Virus record (IMG/VR): IMGVR_UViG_3300033075_000331
Length of the DNA stretch: 64,000 nt
From: an uncultured virus (IMG/VR IMGVR_UViG_3300033075_000331)
Lineage: Duplodnaviria; Heunggongvirae; Uroviricota; Caudoviricetes
Strand: one strand, 5' to 3'
Part shown: positions 8,352 through 18,469 of the stretch, in pieces
Position numbering within the stretch: position 1 is the first letter of the stretch
How the letters are laid out: each line of letters starts with the position of its first letter
Position numbers and translations under genes: made by a program
Notes under the pieces: generated by a model
What the model was told of the DNA's origin: nothing
Seen by the model: only the letters and a program-made list of their open reading frames with translations
Databases searched by the model: none

Positions 8352-9001
8352 TAATCTATTCCTTCATATAGTGATGCGAATGCCTCGTCTAAATCCTCTG
8401 GCAATTCTGTAATTTTCATGGCATCGATCAATTTCAAACGAGAATCCTTACACAGCGTATATCCATACTTCGCATATCGAAGTGCACGATTAAACGTCGA
8501 AAACGGAAGTAACAAATTATCATCTATTACTGCACGTCGTAATACCAAATGTTCGAAAAATTTAGGATGATATATTGCGCTATGACTTTCCGGGGGTTCA
8601 ACGTCGTCTAATAAAATTTCCAACCCTGTTGGCTTCGCGGAGTCCGAGACCAACGCAAATTTGGTCACGGTAAAATCAAACATATTGAGAATGGTCGGAA
8701 CATCACCAAATCTCGATTTCACACATTCGACTATAAGTTCTGAGTCGTGGTGACGAAACGCCATCACACTATTTGTTTCGTACACACTTTCATATTCAGA
8801 ATTATCTGTGAAAAATCTGACCGCAGCATCGAAATGTTCTTGCGACTTGAAAAACATATCAATGTCTTTGATCTTGTTTTTTTCAAAAATGTTCTTGAAA
8901 CACCCACCCGCAATGAATCCGGCATGTCCCTCTAAGTGAGTTTTCAGAAAAGTAAGTTGAGGAAACTCTAGTGAATTAATTGCTTCGAATTGTGTGCTCA
9001 T
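8351..9001 (-). CDS. Pol-beta superfamily nucleotidyltransferase (CCA/poly(A) polymerase head-like)
   Basis: FIAGGCFKN, KDIDMFF, FDFTVTKFA and RALRYAKYGY motifs; start at ATG 9001 overlapping the polB stop. Confidence 0.75.
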   Translation of the reverse strand: MSTQFEAINSLEFPQLTFLKTHLEGHAGFIAGGCFKNIFEKNKIKDIDMFFKSQEHFDAAVRFFTDNSEYESVYETNSVMAFRHHDSELIVECVKSRFGDVPTILNMFDFTVTKFALVSDSAKPTGLEILLDDVEPPESHSAIYHPKFFEHLVLRRAVIDDNLLLPFSTFNRALRYAKYGYTLCKDSRLKLIDAMKITELPEDLDEAFASLYEGID

Positions 9002-11634
9002 TTGAAAAACTCGTAGTAGGCTTGGTTGAATTTTGTTGGAAGGTGTCCCCATTCCAATGCTTCATAAAAATTCTCTAACTTATCGGACAATTCAGCCTCA
9101 AAGAATCGATCATAGTCGATGTATTCTTCAACAAATTCGATGAGTTTTTCAGGATCGTCATACGTCTTGAGAGCCACCACATCAAGCTTGTATGGATTCT
9201 TTTTCAGGAACACATATCGAATCTTGTCGCCGTTTTTGATAGGGCGATGCATGGTCTCGACGCCAAATAGCTTGAGCAATCGATTGTACGAGATTGCTGC
9301 CTTAACGTGAATCGGCGTCTTCGACGGAAACTCGCTCAATACATTAGAAGAACCCTTTTCGTACTTTTGGATATCCTTGACGGACGTGTTTCTGGCGAGT
9401 TGGAGGTATGGGATACTAACGAGGTATCTCTTGAAAGTCAAGACCTTCTCGTCAATTTGGCTTCTCGGTACGTCATTCAAAATATCCAACAATATTTCAC
9501 TCATGAACTTCTTGAATGCTGCCGGGAAAGACGACCGCACAATGTCGAGTCCCTTTACCTTCAAATCTTCTGCCGATGTGACGACCTTATCCTTGTTAGT
9601 TTCAAGGTCATACACTTGCTTGAAGACATATCGCTTTTTCTTAAGCCACAATCCACGCTCAATGATCGATTCCCCTTTGATCACAAATCGATGCGACGTA
9701 CAATTGAACATCATAATAGCCATGGTCGAATAGAACTTGTTAAGCTCCGCTTCCATTCGTCGAGCTAATGATATCGTAAACGTCTTGATATCTTCCCGAG
9801 GCTCTGGTAATAGATTGTACATTGGTAACGATGAGAAGTACACCGAATCTGTGTCAATATAGATGCAATGATCCATAGTAGACGGACGTTCCGGTACATC
9901 GCGTTTGTGTGTACGACAATCTTCCTTGATGACTTCCCAATATCTATCTGCCCATGATTCTGATTGTGGCGAAACACCAGCTTTCTTGTATTGCGTGTTG
10001 ATGTATTTTGCTGTCGTCTTGATGATATTTTGCCCCGTAATGGTAACGGCAGACGCATTGTCAATATCATAGAAACGGAAGATTTGAAGTCCCAATACAC
10101 CGTAAATCGAGTTGAGCAAAATCTTCTGCACGTGCTGGCGTCGATCATAGAACGATTCCAATTCCTTATCACCGCTCTTGGCATATTGCTTCATCAAATT
10201 CTTGAATTCCACACGTTCGGCAAACCACTTATCAAGAATTTCAGGAATAATTCCCGTTCTGTCGTTGGCATAAAAGACCCCGTTAGCCGCAATAGAATAG
10301 TCGTTGTCTTTGAGAAATGCGTTCATTTCACTACGTGTTAGGTACGTGGTAGACTTCCCATGTTCAGACACAACATAACGGTCCAATGCGCCCTTAACAT
10401 GCAACTCCACATCCCAATTCTCTATCTTTCCACGTTTGGTTTCGGGAGAGATATTGAGGCTCATGATGATAGAAGGATACAGCGATTGCAAGTCAAGTGA
10501 ATACACCCATTCATATTTGTTTGGGAATGGAGTCTTGACATACGCACCCGTGAATCCTTCTGTGTTGCTTTCCATACGAGCCGCAAATGCTTCACGTCCT
10601 CCATCTGGCTTATTAGGAGCAATAATGCCCTTTCGATGGAGGTAGGTGAGAATGGTCCCTTCGATGTACTTGGAAGGATAGGTGCAATCCTCATACGCCA
10701 CATGGCCCAAGTGACAAATGAACCGCACAAGTTCAATGTATTGCAATTTCTTGTCAAGCTCTACAAGAATTTTGACGTCGCGAATGTTGTATTCAATGAA
10801 CTTCTCAATATCACTTTCGTATAGGTCACTGAGCGTTCCGGTATATTCGACCTTACCCAAGTTGACTTCGATCAATCCGATAGTGTTCAACTGATAGTTA
10901 GGACGTTCAATCAGACGGTATTTCTTGTAAATGGGAAGGTAGTCGAGATTGGAGACGCCCGCGACCACATACTTAGATCGATACTCGTTGTATTCCACAA
11001 TACCAATGGGCGACAGCTTGGCGGCTACATTCTCTCCGAACACGACGCGAAGTCTGTTGTAGAGATATGGTAAGTCGTATCCATCGCTGTTCCAACCACT
11101 GAGAATAGTCGGAGACACGTCGGTATAGTATTCCAACCACGCCAATAGCATTTCATCCTCTTTATCGAAGACTAATACCGTTTCATTGCCATTCTTGGAT
11201 GACTTAACGCGATTTGACGTGTCCAGTAGAAAGACCATATACTCGTCTTTCTGAACATAGTATGAACCAATTGATGTAATGGCTTTGAGTGCGGTTGATG
11301 GTTCTCCAAAGCCATGTGAAGAATCGGTTTCAATGTCGTAGAACATTACGCGATGACCTTTGGATGGCATATCATCGTGCAAATACACATCACTCAATAC
11401 TCTGACTTCTCTGGATACATCGCTCTCAAATAGTCCAACGTCATCCATTCCGAATCGCTTGACTTTCTTGAGTTTATCGCCGTACATGGAAATGTATTTA
11501 CCGTCGTCATCTTTCTTGTAGGCATATCTAAAATCAGAAAAGGGGGTCGATGTGAACCCCTTTTCGTCATCCCACAAATGTACCATTGCTGGTGATGTAT
11601 CGGTTTGTCTTGTAATGAATATATTCTGATACAT
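8998..11634 (-). CDS. family B DNA polymerase (T4 gp43-like)
   Basis: Exo I DIET, GWNSDGYD, YNIRDV, DLQSLYPS, KILLNSIYG, YIDTDS and KKRY motifs. Confidence 0.97.
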   Translation of the reverse strand: MYQNIFITRQTDTSPAMVHLWDDEKGFTSTPFSDFRYAYKKDDDGKYISMYGDKLKKVKRFGMDDVGLFESDVSREVRVLSDVYLHDDMPSKGHRVMFYDIETDSSHGFGEPSTALKAITSIGSYYVQKDEYMVFLLDTSNRVKSSKNGNETVLVFDKEDEMLLAWLEYYTDVSPTILSGWNSDGYDLPYLYNRLRVVFGENVAAKLSPIGIVEYNEYRSKYVVAGVSNLDYLPIYKKYRLIERPNYQLNTIGLIEVNLGKVEYTGTLSDLYESDIEKFIEYNIRDVKILVELDKKLQYIELVRFICHLGHVAYEDCTYPSKYIEGTILTYLHRKGIIAPNKPDGGREAFAARMESNTEGFTGAYVKTPFPNKYEWVYSLDLQSLYPSIIMSLNISPETKRGKIENWDVELHVKGALDRYVVSEHGKSTTYLTRSEMNAFLKDNDYSIAANGVFYANDRTGIIPEILDKWFAERVEFKNLMKQYAKSGDKELESFYDRRQHVQKILLNSIYGVLGLQIFRFYDIDNASAVTITGQNIIKTTAKYINTQYKKAGVSPQSESWADRYWEVIKEDCRTHKRDVPERPSTMDHCIYIDTDSVYFSSLPMYNLLPEPREDIKTFTISLARRMEAELNKFYSTMAIMMFNCTSHRFVIKGESIIERGLWLKKKRYVFKQVYDLETNKDKVVTSAEDLKVKGLDIVRSSFPAAFKKFMSEILLDILNDVPRSQIDEKVLTFKRYLVSIPYLQLARNTSVKDIQKYEKGSSNVLSEFPSKTPIHVKAAISYNRLLKLFGVETMHRPIKNGDKIRYVFLKKNPYKLDVVALKTYDDPEKLIEFVEEYIDYDRFFEAELSDKLENFYEALEWGHLPTKFNQAYYEFFK

Positions 11635-11636
11635 GT

Positions 11637-12575
11637 TTATGCGCTAAGTTTGTCTGCTAAGTCTACGATCTTGTCGTGCCACACCAACCCGTCTCTCCAT
11701 CGCTGCGGGATTGCCTCATATCCGTAGTGCGCGCCCGCTAGCTGCCCATAGACGGCACCAATCGTGTCCGCGTCACCACCGAGACTTAGCACCTTTGTCA
11801 TGCCGTCTTCGAAGGTGTCGGTATGATAAAACGCCCATAAAGCACATTCTAATGTGTCTACGCAATAACCAGACGGCTTCAAATCGTGTTCGATGTGCTC
11901 AACACCACCGAATGAATACGACCGAGTGCTGCTTTCGGTTTTGTTTCGATACTCCCCATTGATAATATGGTCGAATTCATTACCCAAATTCAACCAATCA
12001 CCGGAATGGCGAATTTCAGTTTTTGTACAACCATCCAACGTATCCACTAGCATTGTACCAAATAATGCCGTACATTCAATTGCAACGGGTGCTCCATGAG
12101 TTAGTTTACAAGACTCCCTACATTCATCAACTATCTGATGCATCGTTCTATCATCATGTGCTGCTCCATGAATGACCACGGGTGCCAAACGCATGATACA
12201 CCCATTACCAGCACTATGTTCGTCGGTAGGTGGCTTGATCTGACCCGTAACACGATATGTCATCAGAGACTTAAGTGTGGTCCCACCAATACCCACGGCT
12301 TTACCAGTACATGAATTATGACCTTCGGTAAGCCACTTGACAAAGATATCCATTTGTTGTTCGAGGGTCGCATCTGCTAAAATACCCTCTGCGAGACACA
12401 ATGCCTGAGCCGTGTCATCAGTCCAACCACCAATGGGAATCTTCCATGGACCCGTATCCATGTAATCAGTGACAATTGTACCACGTTCGCCAAATTCAAT
12501 TGGAGCACCGAGCGCATCCCCAACCGCTAGTCCTACCATTGCACCACGAGCCCTACTTTGTAATGAAATTGTCAT
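11637..12575 (-). CDS. ADP-ribosylglycohydrolase (DraG/ARH family)
   Basis: GLAVGDALGAPIEF, WTDDT, AGNGCIMRLAP, TH and GGDADTIGAVYGQLAGA motifs. Confidence 0.93.
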   Translation of the reverse strand: MTISLQSRARGAMVGLAVGDALGAPIEFGERGTIVTDYMDTGPWKIPIGGWTDDTAQALCLAEGILADATLEQQMDIFVKWLTEGHNSCTGKAVGIGGTTLKSLMTYRVTGQIKPPTDEHSAGNGCIMRLAPVVIHGAAHDDRTMHQIVDECRESCKLTHGAPVAIECTALFGTMLVDTLDGCTKTEIRHSGDWLNLGNEFDHIINGEYRNKTESSTRSYSFGGVEHIEHDLKPSGYCVDTLECALWAFYHTDTFEDGMTKVLSLGGDADTIGAVYGQLAGAHYGYEAIPQRWRDGLVWHDKIVDLADKLSA

Positions 12576-12931
12576 TTGATTATTTGCGTGATATATGAAG
12601 TGATTAATTCGTTGGCATTCAAAAGTTCTTTGAGCCCGGTATCAAACCACACGGTTGCAAGATATCGATTGAATGATGTTGAATCCTTGACTGTGACTAT
12701 CTTGACGTATCTATCTTCTAACATGCTCCTGACATATTCCTTTACGATATTTCCTTTCTTTCGTTCTTCGGGAGTACCAGAAAATATCTCCGGTGCATCA
12801 ACTCCCAATAACCGCACTCGAATAGTTGTATAGACGCGTAATCCTAAGTCTAAGTGTACTTCTATTGTATCACCGTCAATGACTCGCGTGCATTCGCCAT
12901 AATACTCATACGTTGGTGCTATCGTTGCCAT
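12572..12931 (-). CDS. thermonuclease (SNase-like)
   Basis: RVIDGDT, RVRLLGVDAPE and RYLATVW motifs. Confidence 0.88.
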   Translation of the reverse strand: MATIAPTYEYYGECTRVIDGDTIEVHLDLGLRVYTTIRVRLLGVDAPEIFSGTPEERKKGNIVKEYVRSMLEDRYVKIVTVKDSTSFNRYLATVWFDTGLKELLNANELITSYITQIIK

Positions 12932-13247
12932 TTTCCAATTGTTCTGGTGGGGGTTTGGGTATATACTTTTCTTTCAATGTAGCGATGCGTTCCTCTCCCA
13001 TAAACTGTACAAAATTAGGATCAATTGGCTCTTGTGTAATCAGGGCATCGATAGCTGTTACTGCCGCGTCAAGATCGCTATATGCATATCCGAACACTCG
13101 ACCGGGATGAAAAATGGCCTGACGATCAAAGGTAAAGACAATCTCAAAACTACCCCATGGGCGTTCTCTACCAGAGTGTATCTCTAGTTTTGTCTCTTCA
13201 ATGAACGACTTGATGATTTCGTACCGAGGATCGTCAGGATAAATCAT
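12906..13247 (-). CDS. hypothetical protein
   Basis: 113 aa ORF overlapping both neighbours. Confidence 0.55.
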   Translation of the reverse strand: MIYPDDPRYEIIKSFIEETKLEIHSGRERPWGSFEIVFTFDRQAIFHPGRVFGYAYSDLDAAVTAIDALITQEPIDPNFVQFMGEERIATLKEKYIPKPPPEQLENGNDSTNV

Positions 13248-13795
13248 ACGCCCGACGATCCAAAGCCTTTTGCCGCACGATTCGTTTCTACAACATCTTC
13301 AATGACTGAGACTTGAATTTGTGGTACCCATGTCAAAATCATCTGAGCAATTTTCTGCCCCTTTTCGATATGATATGGTGCGCCGAGATTCTTGAATGCC
13401 ACCTTAATTTCTCCGGTGTATTCTTCGTCGATCACACCCGCCACTACGAAAATTGACGTCTTTACCGCCATACCACTACGGTCGCGAATCAATCCACCAT
13501 ATGACTTTGGGAATTGACACGCAATACCAGTGGATACTAGGGTAGTTGCCGCTCCACTTTCAATCTTGGTATCTTCGGCAGCATACAGATCAAACCCCAT
13601 ATCTGTATCATGTGCTTTGGTTGGCAACGTGGCATCCGGGCGAAGCAGTTTGACTCCCAATACCGTCGGTACGAATATGGTGGGATAGTACGTGATATGC
13701 GGAAGAACCACGTTTATGTCTCGTTCCGCAAAAGGAACTTCCGGTGAACGAAACATGAAGTTGACATCACCGGAATTACTTGGATTCGTCGTCAT
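13244..13795 (-). CDS. dut: trimeric dUTPase
   Basis: GFDL, RDRSG, GVIDEEYTGE, KIAQ and RAAKGFGSSG motifs. Confidence 0.93.
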   Translation of the reverse strand: MTTNPSNSGDVNFMFRSPEVPFAERDINVVLPHITYYPTIFVPTVLGVKLLRPDATLPTKAHDTDMGFDLYAAEDTKIESGAATTLVSTGIACQFPKSYGGLIRDRSGMAVKTSIFVVAGVIDEEYTGEIKVAFKNLGAPYHIEKGQKIAQMILTWVPQIQVSVIEDVVETNRAAKGFGSSGV

Positions 13796-14462
13796 CAGTC
13801 GTAGTCACGGTATCAGTGTAGAAGTTTGCCGTTGATCTTAGCCCTACTGAACGATTCGCGTAGTATGCATTAGATGATTCATTCAGCGTCAACGATGCAT
13901 TAGAAAAACCATCGGGAGTAAATGTAAAGCCGCGTACGTTATTAGTGGATATACCAAGCTTATTGGCGTATTCCTTGATATCGACGTTACTTAGCATGTA
14001 GACGAATGTCCAGCGACCTGTAGCTTCTAGCTGCTTGATTCGATTCTGCAAGGTTACCGAATTCCACTTATGACTGGAATTTTCTTCACCATCAGAAATG
14101 ACGCAGACGAGATATGCCGTATCGTCAGTTTCCTTTACGCCAGTAGTCAGAGCTTCGATAGCCTTACCAATGGCATCGAACATAGCAGTACCACCAGCGG
14201 GACGATAATCTTCGGCAGTAAAGTCGTCGATGGCAAATGAAGGTACCTTGTCGTAATATACCTTGACGTCTGTATCGAACTGGATCAATGTGACGCGAGT
14301 ATCGCCACCCTGCTCACCATACTTGCGATGCGTGTCAAGCTGCTCTTTGATGGCACCAAGCGCGTTATTATACAGCGAATTCATGGAACCAGACTTATCG
14401 ACCACCATGGCCACATATGTCTTTTTGTTATTTTGCGTTACTTTCTTTTTCTTTGCTGGCAT
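13776..14462 (-). CDS. von Willebrand factor A (vWA) domain protein
   Basis: MIDAS DKSGSM, GGTAMFDAIG and ISDGEENSS; start MPAKKK preceded by GAGG. Confidence 0.85.
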   Translation of the reverse strand: MPAKKKKVTQNNKKTYVAMVVDKSGSMNSLYNNALGAIKEQLDTHRKYGEQGGDTRVTLIQFDTDVKVYYDKVPSFAIDDFTAEDYRPAGGTAMFDAIGKAIEALTTGVKETDDTAYLVCVISDGEENSSHKWNSVTLQNRIKQLEATGRWTFVYMLSNVDIKEYANKLGISTNNVRGFTFTPDGFSNASLTLNESSNAYYANRSVGLRSTANFYTDTVTTTDDDESK

Positions 14463-14470
14463 AAAACCTC

Positions 14471-14893
14471 TTAGGGGTAGTAGACATGAACATACTTGTT
14501 TTCGTCGTTCAGCGCAAGGGGGATGAGCCACTTTAGATTCGGAACGATTTCCAACTCACTCATCGAATATATCGATGATACTTCAACGATACATACTTCT
14601 TCTTCTGTTGTGGTAATTACATTCGTAAATTCGGAAGATGATGCTTTGAATACATGAACGTTATATTGCGGAGATTCTAACACAGCAACGTCATCCCATT
14701 CGGTAATGTTAACGTCAGTTTCTTCCTTGAATTCACGAATCATAGCATCAACAGGAGCAACATCGGTAGTTTCGATCTTACCACCAACTCCATTATACCG
14801 ACCTTTTTGCCAATCGGGTTTCGTTTTTCGAATGAGAATGACCCACTCTCGATCTGGTGAAAAGAGAAACCCAACTACATAATGGATTTTCAT
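14471..14893 (-). CDS. Nudix hydrolase (MutT-like)
   Basis: NGVGGKIE...AMIREFKEET Nudix box. Confidence 0.88.
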   Translation of the reverse strand: MKIHYVVGFLFSPDREWVILIRKTKPDWQKGRYNGVGGKIETTDVAPVDAMIREFKEETDVNITEWDDVAVLESPQYNVHVFKASSSEFTNVITTTEEEVCIVEVSSIYSMSELEIVPNLKWLIPLALNDENKYVHVYYP

Positions 14894-15153
14894 GCGTGTT
14901 TCTTTATCTCAAGTTCAAGCTGTGCAAGAGGAATGACACCTTGAAATCGCTCCACTTCAACGCCCTCTTTCAATAGCACGAATGTAGGAACTCCACGAAT
15001 GTCATATTGATCGACCAAATCGGTGCGTTCATCAACATTCACTTTCTCAACAACAGCGATACCTTCCACTTCTTTTTCTAAACGTGGAAGAATCTTCAAT
15101 ATTTGCTGACATGGTTTACAATAGTCCGCATAAAAGTCCAATACTGTAATCAT
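14890..15153 (-). CDS. thioredoxin
   Basis: DFYADYCKPC and the GVPTF cis-Pro motif. Confidence 0.9.
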   Translation of the reverse strand: MITVLDFYADYCKPCQQILKILPRLEKEVEGIAVVEKVNVDERTDLVDQYDIRGVPTFVLLKEGVEVERFQGVIPLAQLELEIKKHA

Positions 15154-15752
15154 TTTGACGTCTCCAATTTTATTACTTTTCTACACAATTCTATAAATTC
15201 TTTACTACTCAGCTTATGCTTTGCAAAATTCACTTGTTTTGTAACAAACTGAACATTTCCTTCGATATAACCAACATTATTATCTATTCTATCTAATGAT
15301 GCGTTGGTTTCGGCTTTATATTTGCGGGCTTCACTAAAATTAATCGATTCTCCGGTCAATGCACACATCCCATGTTGTTGTTTGAACAGATTATCTAAAT
15401 ATTCAATGGTCAACTCAAATGCAATTCCGCGACGGATTGCATTTTTGGCTACATTGTTAAAATATCTGGCGGGTATTACACCATATCCTTTCCAATTTGG
15501 ATTTCCATTAAAGGAAACTATATGGCATCCGCATCCTCTAGTATGCCCATGCAACAACTTACCAGCCTCTACATACGATGTAGTTCCACATGAACATTTT
15601 ACATGAATATGTGCGCAACCATATTCTTGTTTGCCTTTTTTTAATCGAACAACGGTTGGATTTATAACAGTCCAATTACCATATGAGGTTCCCGCAGAAA
15701 ACACACCATCAAATTTACTTTTTCTAATTACACGATGCTTGTATGTCCTCAT
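15150..15752 (-). CDS. HNH-type (His-Me) homing endonuclease
   Basis: KCSCG...GCGC N-domain; CALTG and ASLDRIDNNVGYIEGNVQFV...VN..K; AT-rich DNA. Confidence 0.75.
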   Translation of the reverse strand: MRTYKHRVIRKSKFDGVFSAGTSYGNWTVINPTVVRLKKGKQEYGCAHIHVKCSCGTTSYVEAGKLLHGHTRGCGCHIVSFNGNPNWKGYGVIPARYFNNVAKNAIRRGIAFELTIEYLDNLFKQQHGMCALTGESINFSEARKYKAETNASLDRIDNNVGYIEGNVQFVTKQVNFAKHKLSSKEFIELCRKVIKLETSK

Positions 15753-16066
15753 TTTTTCTTTCTCTGATAGTTGGTAATGAGACGACACCAATTCAAGAAT
15801 TCTTTCTCGGGGAGGGTATATTTGATCGTATTAACTCGCTTATGTACCCATTGACAATTGGTCTTGGTATAGCCCTTGGTATTGTCGCGACGATCTAGTG
15901 ATGCGGTGTAATCATCTAGTGAGATTTTCTTACCAGAGTATGGACACACGCCACCTTGCTTTTTATAGAGACGACGCAAGAATGCCGCCGTCACAGTCAC
16001 TCGCAACCCGCGCTGTTTTGCACCACGCTTCATCGCAAGAAAATACCGATCAAATCTATCCTTCAT
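15749..16066 (-). CDS. short HNH-type endonuclease, paralogous to the adjacent gene
   Basis: CPYSG and ASLDRRDNTKGYTKTNCQWVHKRVN motifs. Confidence 0.7.
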   Translation of the reverse strand: MKDRFDRYFLAMKRGAKQRGLRVTVTAAFLRRLYKKQGGVCPYSGKKISLDDYTASLDRRDNTKGYTKTNCQWVHKRVNTIKYTLPEKEFLNWCRLITNYQRKKK

Positions 16067-16619
16067 GTGGGAATGTCTCTTTATAGACCGCAGTAATCGC
16101 TTTGCGCCCTGCCGAATTAAGATCGCGTGTTCCTATTCCTGCGAAATCTTCGGTGAGTTTTGGAGTATATTCGTGCACCAACTGAAATCGTTTTTCACCG
16201 GGCTCTCGTAAATACCAATCTTCTGTCGGTTGATCAAATAACCACACGGATTTACCATTGTTTACCGCCATTTGTACTGCCCATCCGGTTCCACCATCTA
16301 CGATATCAAGTTCGTTACTCGCAAATTGTCCCACTGCGTAAATGGCAGTTGAGTTCTTGACTTGGAACCAGTTACGAGCGAGCAATTTCTTTACATACGG
16401 TGCTAAGCGATCCAAGGGACGTTTGAGAGTCTTTGCCGCGATCACAACATGTGCAAATCCTTCATCCAAATCATCGTCGGACAATATACATGGATTTTGT
16501 GAATAATGTGAATGTCCTTGGAAAGAGTAGGCAATGGTCAGGACGTTATTCATCCATCCTTGGTTTTCCCATTCCATATCCGCCCCTTGCGCCCCACCAC
16601 TATGATTCGTGTATGTCAT
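16056..16619 (-). CDS. SLOG/DprA-YspA-like nucleotide-binding protein
   Basis: HSGGAQGAD, RNWFQV, GGTGWAVQMA and FAGIGTR motifs; start MTYTNH overlapping the nrdJ stop. Confidence 0.6.
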   Translation of the reverse strand: MTYTNHSGGAQGADMEWENQGWMNNVLTIAYSFQGHSHYSQNPCILSDDDLDEGFAHVVIAAKTLKRPLDRLAPYVKKLLARNWFQVKNSTAIYAVGQFASNELDIVDGGTGWAVQMAVNNGKSVWLFDQPTEDWYLREPGEKRFQLVHEYTPKLTEDFAGIGTRDLNSAGRKAITAVYKETFPHEG

Positions 16620-18469
16620 ATAATTGTACAACCATCTGGCCCAGCACACGCCAGTTCACCTTGTAAATTGGTATCGTCTTTCAATTCGATCACCTTGGTT
16701 AAATCGACTTCATGTAATGTCTTGAGCAATTCGTAATACGTGGTCTTTGACGTATCCTCGAAAGGCGCTTGTACGTATGTGTGGTCTGAGAATGGGAATA
16801 CGGAGAGCGCCGTGAAATTGTTACGATTCTTCCACATCCACTCGCCAACGGGTTTCCATTCGTCTTCCTTGATGGAAATTGTCGCACTAACGTTGTTGAC
16901 ATTTTCACCCTTGCGATGCCCCGGTGCCACCCATTCGCTCCATACCCGCGCAACTCGTGACAATAGGTCGAGTGCAGATTCGTCACGCGTCACCGCTCCC
17001 GCAGGGGCCTTTTGTGGAATGGAAATGATCGACGTTGTGCTTGGCTTGAAGTAATCATCTTCCAACAAATCGGCATGGTGTTCGGCCAAGTAGTGATAGA
17101 TCGATTCGTTCTTGTTAACGCGCAGACGACGAATGTAATAGTCATTGTGCCACGCATGAATGCCGCTGGACGTTCCAAGTACCAACGATGATGTACCTTC
17201 GGGCTTTACCGTTGTCGTGCGTGCTGCCTTGTTAATGCCAATCAAAGCCGCAACACGTTCATTCTCAGACTTCACAACTTCTGCCGCATCGGCCAAGTTT
17301 AACTCCATGACTTTACCCGATGCAATGCCCGTCATGCTCACCCCGATCAATGCTTCCTTTTCGGTGGTTTCTTTCCATACATCACGAAGATAGTGGAAGT
17401 TGGTATATCCTGCTTGTAATGTTCCGATAAATGCCGCTGCCTTGGCTCTTGCATTCAATTCTTCCTGTGTTGTTACATCGGACACATTGATAGTAGTCAA
17501 ATTACAGAATTGGAATGGACGCAATGAGATTTCGGCACATGGATTGAGACCCCATTCCTTATCATTCGTGAAAAAGAATCCGGGCTCACCAGAATTGGAT
17601 AACTCGATCTTTTTCCACAAGTCCAAGAACGTTGCCTTGTCGATCTTGTGACGGACAATGACTGCTGAGTTGTTTGAACGATGTAGATGTGGATTCTGAT
17701 CAAGATACTCACCATATTTACATGTCAACATGGCTTCATCTGTCAAATCGAACAGCGCAATCATAGCTGAGCGACGAATTCCACCAGATAGTACAGCATC
17801 TGCGATATAGCAATTGATGTGGTGGACTTCCAATGGTGTTAGACGCTCACCGTTTTTCTTACGGTCAAAAATCTTACGAACGTTGTGCAGACAGTCCTTC
17901 AATGGTTCAGGACCGGGAGCCTTTCCACCGGACGTGACCAACATCGCGCCCTTTGGACGAATATCAGAGAAATCGAAGTTTGGTGATGGCTTGCCTTGGA
18001 AGTATGAGCGCACCAATGCTTTAATAGCATCTGCCCATCCTTCAATGCTATCAGCGATCAAATAGCGACGTGATTTGGTAGGAACACGAATTTCTGGTAA
18101 TTGATCGACGTGGTGTGTTTGGACAGAATATCCCACACCTACACCAGACAATAGCAAAAACATCAATTCTGAGAAACATTCTGGCGCGTTCATTGGCAAG
18201 AATGAACAGTTGTAAATACGAGCCGGATTCAATTCGATTGGTTTACCACCAAACTGCATGGATCGCATTGAAGGTAATATCCTATGATCATAGACGAACT
18301 TGTATGCATCTTCAATATCAGATGCAAGATGTGGATATTTCTTCAAATGCATCGCCTTGTTGCGATCTACGATTTCGCTCCACACTTCTCGACGTTGTAG
18401 CTCGGGAATGTATTTCGCATACTTCATATGAATCGTAAGCGAAGACAATATGTTACTGCTAATTTCCAT
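16616..18469 (-). CDS. nrdJ: class II (adenosylcobalamin-dependent) ribonucleotide reductase
   Basis: YNCSF, GGIRRSA, GEPG, NPCAEI, FCNL and TTVKPEGT motifs; C-terminal CAGPDGC redox pair; no beta subunit in the window. Confidence 0.92.
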   Translation of the reverse strand: MEISSNILSSLTIHMKYAKYIPELQRREVWSEIVDRNKAMHLKKYPHLASDIEDAYKFVYDHRILPSMRSMQFGGKPIELNPARIYNCSFLPMNAPECFSELMFLLLSGVGVGYSVQTHHVDQLPEIRVPTKSRRYLIADSIEGWADAIKALVRSYFQGKPSPNFDFSDIRPKGAMLVTSGGKAPGPEPLKDCLHNVRKIFDRKKNGERLTPLEVHHINCYIADAVLSGGIRRSAMIALFDLTDEAMLTCKYGEYLDQNPHLHRSNNSAVIVRHKIDKATFLDLWKKIELSNSGEPGFFFTNDKEWGLNPCAEISLRPFQFCNLTTINVSDVTTQEELNARAKAAAFIGTLQAGYTNFHYLRDVWKETTEKEALIGVSMTGIASGKVMELNLADAAEVVKSENERVAALIGINKAARTTTVKPEGTSSLVLGTSSGIHAWHNDYYIRRLRVNKNESIYHYLAEHHADLLEDDYFKPSTTSIISIPQKAPAGAVTRDESALDLLSRVARVWSEWVAPGHRKGENVNNVSATISIKEDEWKPVGEWMWKNRNNFTALSVFPFSDHTYVQAPFEDTSKTTYYELLKTLHEVDLTKVIELKDDTNLQGELACAGPDGCTII

